A stretch of 64,000 nt of DNA, from positions 40,490,257-40,554,256 of the forward strand of contig JAHRHZ010000009.1 of the NCBI GenBank assembly GCA_024137785.1, read 5' to 3'. The DNA is from Ginglymostoma cirratum (lineage: Eukaryota). Position 1 is the stretch's first letter. Each line of letters begins with the position of its first letter. Positions 60,544 through 64,000 of this stretch are shown here, piece after piece. Made by a program: the position numbers and the translations under genes. The notes beneath the pieces were generated by a model, which saw only the letters and a program-made list of their open reading frames with translations, ran no database searches and was not told the DNA's origin.

Positions 60544-63500
60544 TGTAGTGATTGTAACAAGGTCAGCCTGGTGGACCTCATAGAATATCATTTCCCTGAT
60601 TGGGGCTGTTAATCTAGTCTAAGCAGGGAGCCTGCCTGACAGATAAAAAGAAGAGTGTCAGAAAATTTGACACTCTGAGGAAGTTGGACCAGTATCAAGG
60701 ACTTTTCAGGTGTAAATAAAGGGTGACTTGCTGACAGGATATGAGCCACTGTGGGGTTATTTCAGTGGTGAGGAGAGTTAAGCACATTCTTGAAGAAACC
60801 TGTTTGCAACTGTCATTTTTGAGTTTGTGGTAAGCAGTTCTGGCATCATACTGTTGTTTGGGAAGCTTGACTCATTTGGCCTTGCCGTTGAAGACTGGGC
60901 CCAGTGTGTGGGAAGAATGTGTTTTTTTTCTGGGCAAATGACATTGGGCCAGATGAAAAGCAATGAGTAATTCTCCCGACAGCTTTTGGACCTGCAGCTT
61001 TTTTGGTTATTAGGAGCCTTACATTCCATGAGACCCCAAATACTAAAACCTTTCAGGAGTTGACAGATTTAGTTAAGGAATATTACAACCCCAAGCCTCC
61101 TCTGATTCTGAGATGCTATCGTTTTCACTCAGCAATTTGAGAACCAGAGGAATCCGAATCAGGATTTTTAACTAGGTTAAGACAACTGGCAGAGACATGT
61201 GACTTTGGTTTAACCCTTAATGAGATGCTGAAAGACCACTTGCTATGTAGGATTAATGATATGACCATGCAAAAGCGCCTAATAGCTGAAGCCCAGCTGG
61301 ACTTCAAACAGGCACTACAACAGGCTTTACCATTGGGAACTGTGGCAAGTGGATCATATGAGTCACAGGATATTCTGATGCAAGTGGACACCCTTACCAG
61401 TCTGAATGAGTTTGGGGAACACTTTTGAGTGCATAACCACACTCAGGACATATCCTGAACAGAGGGACTCAAGGTCAGCCCACTGTAAAATTCCAAAACA
61501 AAGCCAAGCCTCAGCCAAATCTTTAATGTTTTCTTCAGCATCTGGGCTGACAAGCCATTGTAGTTGCTGCCAGTATGTGGACTCGAAACAGCAAAGTAGT
61601 CCTGTGGGACTTAAAGTGGGTGAGAGAGGCCAGTATCCAGGAGAGGGTACAACCCTGGAAAGTCCACCTACATCTGGTTTGGAACAATTAAATTGCTTAG
61701 CAACATCCAAATCAGAACTAATCAAAATAAATACTTCGTCAATTTGTCATCAGGTTCTACTGGAGGCCGGTACCAGTGTGTCCGTTTCAGTGATCACGGA
61801 ACCAGTCTTTAAGAAAATTTACTCTGGACTCCAACCCTCAAGTTTATGGGAGATGTCAGCTAGACTGAGAACCTATACTGGGGACAATTTACAGATTAAG
61901 GATACAATTTTGGTTCCAGTCTCTTACAAGAAGCAGCTGGCTCAGTTACCAGTAATTGAAGTAAAAGGATCATGCCCAAACCTGATGGGCTGAAATTATT
62001 TGAGAAAGATTCACCGAGATTGTCTCAACATTTTTTGATTAGAAAGTGGCTGCCTGAGTGCGGTCTTAATTAAATATCCATAAATTTTTTCAGGAAGGTC
62101 TAGGGACTATCAAAGGAGCTAAGGACACATTTCGTATTGACTAGGAAGTAATTCCATGATTCTGCAAGGTCCAGTGCCATTTGCTTTACAGTCAAAAGTA
62201 GAGGCTAGAAAGTGAAGGAATCATCAAACCAGTCCAGTTTATGTTTTGGGCAATGCCGGTCGTACTGATTTTGGAGCATGACAGGTTGGTTCGCTGTTGC
62301 AAGGATTTTAAACAAGTGGTAAACTGCATTTCACAGCTGGATAAATACCCAATCCGTCACATAGAGGATTTATGCTCAGATCTGGCAGGCAGGCTGTCCT
62401 TCACTAAGCTGGACAAGAGCCAGGCATTCTTGCAATTGCAGTTAGATGAGGATTCCTGCAAGTATGCTGCAATTAATAACCATAAGGGTTTGTATCAATA
62501 CATTAGACTGCCATTTAGAGTATTGTCAGCCTGTGTAATTTTTCAGCAGACGGTGGAGAACATTTTTACAAGGGCTACTCCAGGTTGCCATTTATCTAGA
62601 TGACATGTTACTAACAGGGAAGACCAAGAAGGAACAATTAGAGAATTTGGACATAGTCTTTAAGCATTTCTCCCAGGTGGGCGTATGCCTAAGAAGGGAG
62701 AAATGTGTGTTCGAAGTGACCTACATAGCCTACAGCATCAACAAGACTGGATTACATGTGTTGGAAGATAGTGAGGGTGATCAAAGGTGCCCCAACTCCC
62801 ACAGCTGTACTAGAGCTTAGGTCTTTCCTTGGGCTGGTGAATTATTATTGAAAGTTCATACATAACCTGTCTCCATCCAGGAACCTTTGCATCAACTTCT
62901 AAAATATGTTGAGCCTTAGAAATGGTTGCGTAGCCAACCATGGCTTTCAGGGAAGTGAATAAACAACTATCGTCCTTTAAGGTGTCAGCACAATATGATC
63001 CCAATCGAGATCCGGTATTGACATGCAATGTCTTCCCATGTGGCGTCAGAGTAATATTAGCTCATAGGTGGCCCAACTGAGGTGAATACCCAATAGTGTA
63101 TGAATCAAGACTTTGGCTAATGCAGAGTGTAAATATATCCAGGTGGACAAGGAAGGTTTGGCAGTCATCTTTGTGGTGATAAAATTCCACCAATGCCTTC
63201 ATGGACATAAATTTGGAATAATAATGGACCACATGCCCCTAAGTGGGTCTACTTAAAGAGGACAAGGCAATGCCACCTTTAGCTTCAGGCCAAATTCAGC
63301 AGTCGGCTCCAATTCTAAGTGTGTTTATTTACAAGTTGGAACATCATCTAGGATCCAAGTAGAAAATGCGGATGCCTCCCACTGGCAGATGCACCAGAGT
63401 CTTTGACAGTTTTAAATTTTCTGCACATACTTCCTCACAGTTGACAATATCAGAGTTTGGATGCAAGAAGATCCAGTACCTGGCAAAACTGAAACAGCTA

Positions 63501-64000
63501 GCGGTGATGGCAGAAACCAAAAAGCTGTCAGAATCAGAATTGAAACCTTTTAGGAGCTGGAGAGACCAGATCACAATAGAGGGTGGCGTATTATTCTGGG
63601 GAGCGAGAGTGATTGTCTTGATGAAAGGTTAACACCAGAAACTGGCTGAACTCAGTCAGGGTCATCTAGGAGATTCCAAAATTATGATGTTGGTAAGAAG
63701 TTATGTCTGGTGGCCAAGCCCTAGATGCAGAGATAGCCATGTTGGTGGTCAGTGCACAGAGTGCCACTAAGGACAAAAATTACTGCAGCAGCTCCTTTCA
63801 TGCACTTTGTCATTGCAGACACCCACTCAAAGTGGTTGGGCATGCATAGAGCTCATTCCACAGACACTGGAATAATGATTGTAAAACTGCACTCATCTTT
63901 TAGAACACATAGTCTCCCAGAGGTTTTGCTCACAGACAATGGACCATCGTTTAACAGCATGGAATTTGAGTATTTCCCAAAGTCAAATGTGATTCAACAT
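60544..64000 (+). mobile_element. Degenerate Gypsy (Mag-like) LTR retrotransposon: LTR 60544-60764, PBS, gag, PR, RT, RNase H, integrase; runs off the window
   Basis: TG..CA LTR; PBS TGGTGAGGAG (tRNA-Ser-like TGGCGACGAG); FGKLDSF..EDW gag; WAMPVV, YPI..IEDL, FTKLD, YIRLPF, YLDD RT; RSYVWWP and TDNGPSF integrase; many stops and frameshifts. Confidence 0.93.

Noticed and set aside
1-64000. CRISPR arrays, rRNA or intact host protein-coding genes
   Set aside because: No regularly spaced repeats or rRNA signatures; the remaining short ORFs lack recognisable domains.

Overview
Repeat-dense vertebrate non-coding DNA, almost certainly from an elasmobranch (shark or ray), inferred from HE1-like V-SINEs, CR1 LINEs and Deu-domain-like SINEs. 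I recognise no intact host gene. Nearly all recognisable coding signal comes from decayed transposons: several families of Penelope-like elements (PLEs; RT plus GIY-YIG endonuclease), CR1, L2, RTE and other Jockey/CR1-group LINEs, PIF/Harbinger remnants, solo LTRs, and a degenerate Gypsy element running off the right edge. The most striking signal is a set of seven fold-back (palindromic) insertions built from the PLE terminal repeat, which carries a minimal hammerhead-ribozyme motif (CTGAnGA..GAAACGTC). Each has a ~12-18 bp target-site duplication (TSD), one fixed end and one clustered truncated end. One (40669-41514) is a mini-PLE with three hammerheads. All three 400-N assembly gaps fall inside these hairpins. 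Family names come from manual motif recognition only, and boundaries of old elements are approximate.
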